Source: Candidatus Woesearchaeota archaeon (GTDB taxonomy: Archaea; Nanobdellota; Nanobdellia; Woesearchaeales; JACJVV01). Taken from it: a stretch of 64,000 nt of DNA. The stretch is taken from positions 14,127 to 78,126 of the forward strand of contig JACJVV010000003.1 of assembly GCA_020637495.1 (NCBI GenBank), given 5' to 3'. The notes under the pieces were generated by a model. It worked only from the letters and a program-made list of their open reading frames with translations. It was not told the origin of the DNA and ran no database searches. Made by a program: the position numbers and the translations under genes. This document shows positions 27,126 through 34,977 of the stretch, piece by piece. Position 1 is the first letter of the stretch. Every line of letters begins with the position of its first letter.

Positions 27126-27574
27126 ATAGAATTAATGTAATCAACTATCTTAAATAAGTTTTCACTGACCATATCATTATATCTTCTGTATCCATCTATA
27201 CACATACCCCTTGGATCAGGTACCTCACTTATTCCAGTTATTTCAGGAACAGATAAGAATTCCTTTCTTGATACATGCTTAATATCTTCTTTAATCCGGA
27301 CATCAGAGGGGATATAAAGGACCCCTTCCTCAAATTCAAACCTTGTAAAATTCCAATCATAATCCAGAGTATCCTCCTTAAGCACTATTTCTGCAAGCTC
27401 TGATGCAGCAAGCAACCTTTCTGGAGAATATGTCTCTCCTCCGTTTGCTATTATACCACTGCTGCTGATAGTTGATATTCCTGGCAGCATGCCATATCCT
27501 TGCATATCGACCAGATGAGCATATAATATCTTTGATCGTATCCTGTTTGCCATACATACAGTCTCGAGTTTCAT
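27113..27574 (-). CDS. low-molecular-weight phosphotyrosine-phosphatase / ArsC-like fold protein
   Basis: MKLETVCMANRIRS fits the C-X5-R-(S/T) P-loop, including the conserved Asn. VPDPRG about 110 aa later fits the DP general-acid loop. I chose ATG 27574; the ORF track starts at a GTG two codons earlier. It overlaps the downstream kinase-like gene by 13 nt. Confidence 0.55.
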   Translation of the reverse strand: MKLETVCMANRIRSKILYAHLVDMQGYGMLPGISTISSSGIIANGGETYSPERLLAASELAEIVLKEDTLDYDWNFTRFEFEEGVLYIPSDVRIKEDIKHVSRKEFLSVPEITGISEVPDPRGMCIDGYRRYNDMVSENLFKIVDYINSICQR

Positions 27575-27644
27575 TAACACACATCATAATTCAGAATTTA
27601 TAAGTTTTTCGCTTTGTTACTACTAATCAGTAATTATAATAATA

Positions 27645-27821
27645 TCAAAGAAGTCCTTTCTCTTTATATTCGCTACTCTTAGCCTGACGCCTGTAATCAC
27701 CAAATTTATCCTCTGGAGAATATTTTGGAGGTTTAGGTTCAATAGTCTTGCTCTTGCAGACTTTGCACTCTTTCTCCATAGTATATGTCTTGCATTTTGT
27801 GCAATATAGAAGGCTAGGCAT
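27645..27821 (-). CDS. nop10: H/ACA RNP component Nop10 (below ORF-track cutoff)
   Basis: My own translation gives MPSLLYCTKCKTYTMEKECKVCKSKTIEPKPPKYSPEDKFGDYRRQAKSSEYKEKGLL, with a Zn ribbon plus the P-P-(K/R)-(Y/F)-S-P-x-D-K-(Y/F) signature. It sits downstream of aIF2-alpha, as in many archaea. Confidence 0.85.
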   Translation of the reverse strand: MPSLLYCTKCKTYTMEKECKVCKSKTIEPKPPKYSPEDKFGDYRRQAKSSEYKEKGLL

Positions 27822-27856
27822 TTTGATTATTTCTGGCAGTTCTTAGTATTTCTTGA

Positions 27857-28627
27857 TTATTTTTTCTTTGTAATACGCTTGTATTCGACTATTGCATGGT
27901 TCTCTTCAAGGACTCTTGTGATATTGTCCTTTGCAGGATCAAGTATTTCCTCAGCTTCCTTATATGTAGGAGCAACTATGCTTATATGATACTTACCACC
28001 ACCAAGATAGGATGTCTTCAGATTTGAATCAAGATTAGAGAATGCTTTCTTGATCACATCAAGACCATCTTCTGCATATATCTGGACTGTGAAATTACCT
28101 TCAATCATCACTTCAGGTGGCTTTATACGTTGCTTTACAACCTCTTCAAGCTGCTCAGCATTATCGATACCATAATCCTTTGCTTTGACATCTGCATTGA
28201 CTATATCATTGAAGAATGCTACAAGATCATCATAGTCCTTGCTTATCTTATCGAGGATCTCCTTGAAATATTTCTCAGTCTGCAATTTATGCTGCTTTGC
28301 TACAAACTCGACTATCTTCTCTGCTTTCTGAAGCTGCTTGATGTACTCTACTTTCTTCTTTTTCTGAGCCTCATTAACTCTTCGTAGTGATAGGTCTATA
28401 TGCCCTCTCTCCTCATTTATCTTAAGGATGACGCAAACTACTTTCTTGCCTTCCTTTACAAAATCCCTGATATTCCTTATTCTACCAGGAGAGATCTCTG
28501 ATATGTGTATCATACCACCTTTACCATATTCATCTAGGCTTACGAACACAGAGTTAGGCTGGACTTTAGTAATAGTGCATAGAACTAATTCTCCATCTTC
28601 TGGAAAACCTGTTTTTCTGAAAAGCAT
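27857..28627 (-). CDS. eif2a: translation initiation factor aIF2 alpha subunit
   Basis: N-terminal S1 domain GELVLCTITKVQPNSVFVSLDEYGKGGMIHISEISPGRIRNIRDFVKEGKKVVCVILKI, then a helical and an alpha-beta domain. 256 aa. Confidence 0.9.
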   Translation of the reverse strand: MLFRKTGFPEDGELVLCTITKVQPNSVFVSLDEYGKGGMIHISEISPGRIRNIRDFVKEGKKVVCVILKINEERGHIDLSLRRVNEAQKKKKVEYIKQLQKAEKIVEFVAKQHKLQTEKYFKEILDKISKDYDDLVAFFNDIVNADVKAKDYGIDNAEQLEEVVKQRIKPPEVMIEGNFTVQIYAEDGLDVIKKAFSNLDSNLKTSYLGGGKYHISIVAPTYKEAEEILDPAKDNITRVLEENHAIVEYKRITKKK

Positions 28628-28815
28628 TACTCAAGAACCTCCAAAATGCGTACTTTGATGGATGATTTTCCACCTGAAGGCTTTGCTAGGACCTTACCGC
28701 AAACAAGACAATTCACATCTGTTGATGATTTGCCGAATATGACTTGTTCATTCTTGCATTTAGGACATCTTACTTTGACAAATTTTGATACTGTTTCTCG
28801 TGCCATGTTTATCAA
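28627..28815 (-). CDS. rps27e: 30S ribosomal protein S27e
   Basis: 62 aa with a C4 zinc ribbon: VRCPKCKNEQVIFGKSSTDVNCLVCGKVLAKPSGGK. Confidence 0.93.
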   Translation of the reverse strand: MINMARETVSKFVKVRCPKCKNEQVIFGKSSTDVNCLVCGKVLAKPSGGKSSIKVRILEVLE

Positions 28816-28817
28816 CC

Positions 28818-29129
28818 TTATACCATCTCGACCTTCTTAGCCCTTATGCCTGCACGCTGAACGCTCTGTTTCTTGCATTCCTTGCATTCATACCTAAGAT
28901 CAGTCTTCTTGCTTGTCTTCTTCCCAGTCATCTTGAATTTGCTGACAGGAGGCTTGCTTCCGTACTTGCCAAGGTTTCCTTTTCCCTTGCCAAATCCAGT
29001 CCTTTTCTTAGCGAACTGCGCTAGAGGATGTGTAGAACCAGGGGTTCTTTTTTTAGCTTGCGATACCTTCTGTTCAGTATGCTTCTTGCATGTTGGGCAA
29101 TATCTTTTGATTAGTTTTGGAATTTTCAT
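28818..29129 (-). CDS. rpl44e: 50S ribosomal protein L44e (eL42)
   Basis: MKIPKLIKRYCPTCKKHTEQKVSQAKK...ECKECKK. Very basic, 103 aa, in the conserved L44e-S27e-aIF2a-Nop10 order. Confidence 0.93.
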   Translation of the reverse strand: MKIPKLIKRYCPTCKKHTEQKVSQAKKRTPGSTHPLAQFAKKRTGFGKGKGNLGKYGSKPPVSKFKMTGKKTSKKTDLRYECKECKKQSVQRAGIRAKKVEMV

Positions 29130-29227
29130 GTGCTCACCAAATTCATATTTAGATTATATTGAGTTATATTCAAGAAATTGTGATTTGTTTATAAATATTC
29201 CTATTGCTCTCAGTCCATAGATTTTGA

Positions 29228-29276
29228 AGAAAAAAATTTAGAAATAAAAAAAATGAAAAAATAAGGCGTTAGCCTT
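29228..29276 (-). terminator. hairpin plus oligo-T terminator of the S-layer gene
   Basis: On the minus strand the stop codon is embedded in AAGGC-TAAC-GCCTT (29263-29276). It is followed directly by TTTTTT-C-ATTTTTTTT-ATTTC. Oligo-T tracts are the known archaeal termination signal. Confidence 0.5.
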
Positions 29277-31818
29277 ACTCTTCGTCTTCCATAGCGTCGT
29301 CAGCCATTACTTCAGCAGCCATAACTTTGGTTCCTGAAACAACAACTTCGTCCTTGCCGTCTAGGTCTTCAGCATAATCTTCGTAGTTAGCTAGAACCTG
29401 AGCTGCATTCCTTGTGTCAGCAGCGCTGTAACCAGCTACAACAACAGCAACATTGTCGCCGTTTTCTACCATCTTGATTATACCTTGTCCTTCAGGTACT
29501 GGGAAGTCTTCGTAACATGCAGGTCTGTCGTTTGAGATGTCCAGCAATGTTGCTGCAACCTCATTCGCACATGGACCACCAACAACGATTAGGTTGTCGC
29601 TAGCTACGTTTCCGACTTCTGAGTCAAGAACAGCTTTTCCAACTTCGATTCTCTGTACTTCAGCGTAGACCTTTCCATTTGAGCTTGTTGAAGCTGTTGT
29701 GTCTCCGCCTGTTACATAGACAAGTGCTTCTACCTGCTCTGAAGGGATTGTCAATGTTAGAGTGTCTGCACCCTCATCGTCATCCTGTTCATAAAGCATG
29801 ATTCCGTATCTTGTCATGTACTTTGTATCGTCGCTGTCTTCGTCTGAACCTGAGCTCAAGTTTGCCTGAGCGTTTCCAGTTACAGAAACTACATCAACTT
29901 CGTCGTAGTCACCTGAGTCTCCAGCCACTGTTCCGTTGATCAACCATGAAATCATCTGGTCACCGGTTGTGTCTGTATAGTCATCAGTTATGGTCAAGTT
30001 CATTCTAACCTGAACATTTGATGTTGAGTTTACAGGTCCTTCTGTCACTGTGTCAAACACAATGTAAGCGTTGTTCTTTGTTGTTATTGCTACACTGTCG
30101 CCGTTCAATGTTCCGTCACCGTCAAGGTCAACTGCTAGTGAATAGCTGGTTGAGGACCTACATACTGTTACGTTGTATGATTCTCCGCCTGCATTCAACT
30201 GTGAAGTTGTTGCGTTACATCCGTCTCCACCTAGAGTAGCTCTCAAAGTTGTTGTAGACTTTGTACCTTCGTCAACCAATGTAATCTCTACATCGTCGTC
30301 GTCAAGGTCTGAGTCTTTGAACTTCATTACTCTTGTGTTTGCGACATCTACATCTGTGTCTGATGATACCTTACCAAGGATGAAGTAATCATCTTCCATG
30401 ATCTGGTTGTCATCGCTTGCGTTGTAGACTGTTGGTGTTGCACTAGCTTCTGTGTAGACTAGGTCTGCATCGTCCTTACCAAGATTCAAGTTTGTTGCGT
30501 CGTTCTCAACTAGAGGGATATCGTACTCGATTCCTTCCTGGTTTACGAACTCCAAGAAATACTTGTCATCTCCTGATGGAGATATCTTCACTTCTGTGGT
30601 TGTAGGCTGTGATAGACCTTCGTACTTGATGTCCCATACGCTTGAAAGCAATCCTTCAGGCTCATCTAGCACGCTTCTCAATGAGTCACCTGCTCCTAGG
30701 AAATAGTCGTCATCTGAATCAAGCTCGTATGTGATCTTGTTGATAACCATTGTTCCGCTGGAGTTTGTCTCATCGATTGTTACAGTTGCTTCGCTTACTG
30801 TGTCTTCGTCGATCTTAACTGTTCCTGTTGCGCCGAATTCGATCTTGTTAGCACCTATGTAGAATGCTACAATATCTTCTCCGTTCTCTTCTGATCCTTC
30901 GTTTGCAAGGATGTCCCTGATACCGATAACTGTTCCGTCATCAAGTGTATCTGTGTCTCCGTCTTCCATGGTATCTGTAACTTCGCCGTTTATCATAAGC
31001 TTTACTTTAGGGTTTCCGCTGTTTGTATCAGCGTCAGCTATGATAACTACTGTTACTTCGTAATCCTTACCATCGATTTCGTATGTCTTGGATTCTCCTT
31101 CCTTCAAAGTGTCTGTTACAGCACCGCCCATAAGAGTCAATGCTACTCTGTCACTTGAATCAACAGTTCCTTCAACTATGCTGAAGATATCTCCAAGGAT
31201 GAATAGGTCTTCATCTTCGATGTCTTCTAGTTTAAGGTTTGAATCAACGTCTGATTCTAGTCCGTCTGGGAAGTTCAATTCATATGTGAATAGGTCTTCG
31301 CCATTCTGGATCCTTAACCAGTCTCCAACTACTGTTGGGTCAACTTCGTCATTCTCACCATAGATAACTACTAGGTCAGAATCTGCGAACTTAAGATACT
31401 GGTCAGCATCTGTTGTTCCTTTTGAGTTCCTGATTACTTTTGAACCAAGAGCTTCTAGCTGTTCTGAGTCAAGTGTTGACTTAACGTCAGGCAATAGCTC
31501 ATTTATTTCTAGAACATCTGCATTAGCTTCGAACTTGAAAACGTCTCCGCTCAATGTTGTTGATGTCGAACCATCCACAGCTACTTCTCTTCTTGTTGAG
31601 AACTGTAGTGAAGTTGCGATATCAACTACGCCCAGAACGTCTTCTGTGCTTGCTGCTTCACCTACTACTAGTAGTCCGTGGAACTTCCCATCCTTAACGA
31701 AATTTTCGTATGGATAGTCTCCAAGGTTAGCTGCCACAGCTCCGAAAACAGTTGCTCCCAACATTGTCAGGCCTGTTCCTAAAGCCATGATTCGCTTTAT
31801 TGCTTTTCTTACTTTCAT
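29275..31818 (-). CDS. S-layer (surface layer) protein
   Basis: Signal peptide MKVRKAIKRIMALGTGLTMLGATVFGAVAANLGDYPYENFV is typical of archaeal S-layer N-termini. 847 aa, very acidic and Thr/Asp/Val-rich. C-terminal block is NLIVVGGPCANEVAATLL...VAVVVAGYSAADTRNAAQVLANY. There is a strong GGAGGTG RBS at 31827-31833. Codon choice is visibly more C/G-ending than in the neighbours, consistent with high expression. Confidence 0.8.
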   Translation of the reverse strand: MKVRKAIKRIMALGTGLTMLGATVFGAVAANLGDYPYENFVKDGKFHGLLVVGEAASTEDVLGVVDIATSLQFSTRREVAVDGSTSTTLSGDVFKFEANADVLEINELLPDVKSTLDSEQLEALGSKVIRNSKGTTDADQYLKFADSDLVVIYGENDEVDPTVVGDWLRIQNGEDLFTYELNFPDGLESDVDSNLKLEDIEDEDLFILGDIFSIVEGTVDSSDRVALTLMGGAVTDTLKEGESKTYEIDGKDYEVTVVIIADADTNSGNPKVKLMINGEVTDTMEDGDTDTLDDGTVIGIRDILANEGSEENGEDIVAFYIGANKIEFGATGTVKIDEDTVSEATVTIDETNSSGTMVINKITYELDSDDDYFLGAGDSLRSVLDEPEGLLSSVWDIKYEGLSQPTTTEVKISPSGDDKYFLEFVNQEGIEYDIPLVENDATNLNLGKDDADLVYTEASATPTVYNASDDNQIMEDDYFILGKVSSDTDVDVANTRVMKFKDSDLDDDDVEITLVDEGTKSTTTLRATLGGDGCNATTSQLNAGGESYNVTVCRSSTSYSLAVDLDGDGTLNGDSVAITTKNNAYIVFDTVTEGPVNSTSNVQVRMNLTITDDYTDTTGDQMISWLINGTVAGDSGDYDEVDVVSVTGNAQANLSSGSDEDSDDTKYMTRYGIMLYEQDDDEGADTLTLTIPSEQVEALVYVTGGDTTASTSSNGKVYAEVQRIEVGKAVLDSEVGNVASDNLIVVGGPCANEVAATLLDISNDRPACYEDFPVPEGQGIIKMVENGDNVAVVVAGYSAADTRNAAQVLANYEDYAEDLDGKDEVVVSGTKVMAAEVMADDAMEDEE

Positions 31819-31883
31819 TTACTAAACACCTCCAGTGTTTTATATCTGGCTATCATGCTTTGCTCGTGCATTGCACGACTTTG

Positions 31884-32021
31884 TCGCTAACAACATCCAT
31901 TTCATATAAAAAGCTTGTGTATTTCTGTTGCCCTCAAAGAATGACACTTGGATACAACCCAAACACCTCTTTGAGATTGCTTCAGATCATATGCTCATAT
32001 ATGACCTATTGTTGTTAGCGA
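31884..32021 (-). promoter_or_regulatory. nested inverted repeats (about 140-nt foldable element) upstream of the S-layer gene
   Basis: The outer 12-bp stem is perfect: TCGCTAACAACA (31884-31895) with TGTTGTTAGCGA (32010-32021). The inner 8-bp stem is CTCAAAGA (31933-31940) with TCTTTGAG (31968-31975). A separate 13-nt palindrome CGTGCA-T-TGCACG lies at 31865-31877. Confidence 0.3.
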
Positions 32022-32250
32022 TTAAACATGCTATTAAGGCTAATTTGTGTTTTTTTCTTTATAAAGTTTTTTACTATCTCTTCCAGAGCAGTTATGACTA
32101 TAATTCTTAGATACCTGAGACTGTTATTTTATTTATTTTAATCATGTTTTTATTTAGTAGTGACAAATGAATTTAGTATGGTTTTTTGTTCTAGACCCAA
32201 TACAAGACCCAAGTGGAGTTTATAAGCTAAGCACTAGCGACGAGAAAGAG

Positions 32251-32697
32251 CTATTTTCTTGTTTTATTCCTGCTTAGAAAATCATCATATAGGATTATTA
32301 ACAAAATCCACACAAAACCTATGCTTAATGAAGAGTCTGCAATGTTGAATGATGGCCACCAGCCTAAAGAGATGAAGTCGGTCACAAAACCAATGAATAG
32401 CCTATCAAGAAGATTGCCTATCGTACCACCAAGTATCAGGGCAGCGGGCAGAAGATACTTCTCTTCCATCTTTGGCAGATAATAGATTATAGCAGACATG
32501 ACTGCAATAGATACTAGAGCAAGGAACCAAATGCTTCCCTTAAGAATACCGAAAGCTGCACCTGTATTAGTCACAAATGTTAGTGAGAAGAATGGGAGCA
32601 AATCTATGTCCGGTTGATACAATCTCACAACATATTTTGTCACAGCGTCGATAGATAATACTACAGCAGCAATCACATAAACCCAGAAACGCTTCAC
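32251..32697 (-). CDS. lspA: lipoprotein signal peptidase (signal peptidase II)
   Basis: 148 aa with 4 TM segments. Motifs NTGAAFG, GGTIGNLLDR and FNIADSSLSIG include the two catalytic Asp contexts. Confidence 0.85.
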   Translation of the reverse strand: MKRFWVYVIAAVVLSIDAVTKYVVRLYQPDIDLLPFFSLTFVTNTGAAFGILKGSIWFLALVSIAVMSAIIYYLPKMEEKYLLPAALILGGTIGNLLDRLFIGFVTDFISLGWWPSFNIADSSLSIGFVWILLIILYDDFLSRNKTRK

Positions 32698-32698
32698 A

Positions 32699-33169
32699 TT
32701 ACCACCTTATAGTATCTTCTTTCTTCTGAGAATCCTGTGCTATCCTTTCAATATGGCTGAGGCGAGCATTTATTGACTCTAGAACTGTCCTTATTGCATC
32801 AACTTTTACATTCACAAGCTGAATGTCCTTCTCAAGTGCAGAAAATCTTGACTGTTCAAGCTCATTATAAGCAGGATGCATCATATGCTGCTGAGTAGCT
32901 TGAGTAGCAGGAGATACTTGCTGAAAAGAATGCTGTCTTGATGCTTGCATAGTATTGAAATCATTGAAAGCTGAAGGGCTTCCTGGATCGGAAGTAGGGA
33001 AATCAGGCTGTGAAGTTTGAGGCATCGAAGTGCTTGTGATGTCACCATCAAGCGGAAGCCCCATATGCCCAGAAGAGGATGGATCCGGAAAAGACTTGCC
33101 TTGGCTTGAGGAATCGCTACCAAAATCTGAGAAATCATCATCCTTCTTCTTGAAAAAATCAAAAGCCAT
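32699..33169 (-). CDS. hypothetical protein: disordered Ser/Pro/Gln-rich N-half, coiled-coil C-half
   Basis: 156 aa. The stop/start junction is 1 nt from lspA. No family recognised. Confidence 0.5.
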   Translation of the reverse strand: MAFDFFKKKDDDFSDFGSDSSSQGKSFPDPSSSGHMGLPLDGDITSTSMPQTSQPDFPTSDPGSPSAFNDFNTMQASRQHSFQQVSPATQATQQHMMHPAYNELEQSRFSALEKDIQLVNVKVDAIRTVLESINARLSHIERIAQDSQKKEDTIRW

Positions 33170-33253
33170 ACTGAAATACCAGGAATGTTAATATATAAAT
33201 CTTTTGAATAGAATTGAATATGGACTAATAAAGAAGGATAGAATGCTGCACAA

Positions 33254-33460
33254 TCACCAATCACGGTGCTTGTCTGTCTTCTTGTATGTCTTTTCCCTTG
33301 GCTCTTTCTTCTTGCCTGCCATCATGGCTTTCTTCTTCTTTGACTTGTATGTTGCGCCACAGGAAGTCCTGATCCAGCATGATGGGCAATCCTCGATCTG
33401 TTCAAACTTCTCACCATAGCATTCATCGTTGACATTCTTGACCATCTTCGCTTTTATCAT
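33254..33460 (-). CDS. small basic Cys-containing protein
   Basis: 68 aa with CYGEKFEQIEDCPSCWIRTSC followed by a Lys-rich tail. Possible Zn-binding. No family recognised. Confidence 0.35.
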   Translation of the reverse strand: MIKAKMVKNVNDECYGEKFEQIEDCPSCWIRTSCGATYKSKKKKAMMAGKKKEPREKTYKKTDKHRDW

Positions 33461-33560
33461 AATGAATGGAGAAAATGTCTTGGTATAAAAAACTTTGGAA
33501 GAAAAAAAAGAAGAATATGCAATGATTGCATCAAATTATCAAGCAGAGATGCCAATTAAT

Positions 33561-33624
33561 AAAAAAACAGTTCTTCCGACGCGATTTGATGTCCATCGCA
33601 TTCGCGTGGCAACTGCTCTTTTTT
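33561..33624 (-). terminator. GC-rich hairpin flanked by A7 and T6 (bidirectional terminator-like) downstream of the DUF1385 gene
   Basis: CAGTT...AACTG and CC(G)ACGCGA/TCGCGTGG pair to give about 13 bp (33568-33615). A7 lies at 33561-33567 and T6 at 33619-33624. GC content is clearly above that of the flanks. Confidence 0.4.
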
Positions 33625-33687
33625 CTAAATGCAAATTAAAAATATGAATTAAGAAATATTAAGAAATATTAAGAAATAAGAAAATAT

Positions 33688-34620
33688 TTACAATAGCTTA
33701 TTCAATGCAGCTATTGCTACTTCCACCTGCTTCTTGTCAGGTCTTGAGGTAGTAAGCTTCTGCAGCCACATTCCTGGTAGAGATACAAGCTGCATAACTG
33801 GATTATCAGGGTATTTTCCTGCAAGCTTTAGAACCTCATAGCTTATCCCCATGACTATCGGAAGGATCACTATCCTTAACAATCCTAATATTGTCTTCTG
33901 AATCCATATATTGAGTTCAAACAGTGCCGGATACCAGTAGATGAATACCAACGGGAGTAGACTGAACACAATTATGCTTATCACAATGGTTATCATTATG
34001 AAAGATGAACCGCAACGTGGATGTATAGTAGTGAAGCTCAAGCAGTTCTGAGGAGTCACTTTCTTCGTTGATTCATGACAATGCACTGTCATATGTTCTG
34101 CTCCATGATACTGGAAAACACGCTTTATGTCAGGCATCATGCCTATTATCGCTACGTATGCAACAAAGAATATTACTTTTATGGCCGCATCGATTAGATT
34201 GAATATGATTGGATTAGTATGCTCTTTGACACCTGTCAAGACCGTCAATATGTAAGGCACTACAACAAATAAACCAATTGCAAATGCTACTGAAGTAAGA
34301 ACAACCCAGAACAATTGCAAGGGAGTTAGCTTCTCATCTTTCTCATCTGTAGCTATATTGCTGCTATATATCAATGTCTTCATGCCAATATCGAGCATCT
34401 CATACATAGCATACATGCCTCTGAAGAAGGGATATTTGAATACAGAAAGCAGACCTTTCCTGTAGTCCTTGATCTTATGCTTAGTGGTTATTATCTTCCC
34501 TTTAGGATTCCTTACTGCAACCGAATAGCTGTCTTTTCTCCTGAGCATGACACCTTCTATCACAGCTTGTCCACCTATGGATTCCATTATCTTGTCTTTA
34601 GATGCTACAGATTTTGCCAT
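33688..34620 (-). CDS. DUF1385-family membrane protein
   Basis: GGQAVIEGVMLR, YHGAEHMTVHC and IHPRCGSSF are hallmark DUF1385 motifs. I chose ATG 34620, because the longer ORF-track start overlaps the upstream gene. Confidence 0.8.
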   Translation of the reverse strand: MAKSVASKDKIMESIGGQAVIEGVMLRRKDSYSVAVRNPKGKIITTKHKIKDYRKGLLSVFKYPFFRGMYAMYEMLDIGMKTLIYSSNIATDEKDEKLTPLQLFWVVLTSVAFAIGLFVVVPYILTVLTGVKEHTNPIIFNLIDAAIKVIFFVAYVAIIGMMPDIKRVFQYHGAEHMTVHCHESTKKVTPQNCLSFTTIHPRCGSSFIMITIVISIIVFSLLPLVFIYWYPALFELNIWIQKTILGLLRIVILPIVMGISYEVLKLAGKYPDNPVMQLVSLPGMWLQKLTTSRPDKKQVEVAIAALNKLL

Positions 34621-34655
34621 GTTAGAAATAGAATAATATGAAAATAAAGAAAAGC

Positions 34656-34838
34656 TTATGCTTTTCCTAGAATTCTCCAAGCTTCGATTCCTGAAGGAGC
34701 CTTTGCAACTGCAAATCTTCTTCCGTTCTTCACTTCAATCCTGTAATCCTTTGAAGAGAACTTCTCTTTACCCTTCACATCGAAAAATGTTAGTTCTTCA
34801 CCGTCTCCTGCCATGATAATGACCTCCGTTTTTTTCAT
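34656..34838 (-). CDS. 60-aa basic beta-rich protein, unknown function
   Basis: MKKTEVIIMAGDGEELTFFDVKGKEKFSSKDYRIEVKNGRRFAVAKAPSGIEAWRILGKA. The alternating pattern suggests a small beta-barrel/SH3-like fold. Confidence 0.45.
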   Translation of the reverse strand: MKKTEVIIMAGDGEELTFFDVKGKEKFSSKDYRIEVKNGRRFAVAKAPSGIEAWRILGKA

Positions 34839-34977
34839 CCATCTATAATTCTGTTGAATTAGATTTCAGTTTGTTCTGAATATAACTTAAGTTAAGATAT
34901 TTATAAACATTACGTAATTTGAATAGAAATTGAATAGAAAATCTAGTCAATTAATACATTTATTTAAAAAAAAGAAT

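Noticed and set aside
31800-32110. 72-aa and 60-aa plus-strand ORFs upstream of the S-layer gene
   Set aside because: They have Cys/Leu-rich odd composition and no RBS. The first overlaps the S-layer start, and the region is better explained as a 5' UTR or promoter with nested inverted repeats.
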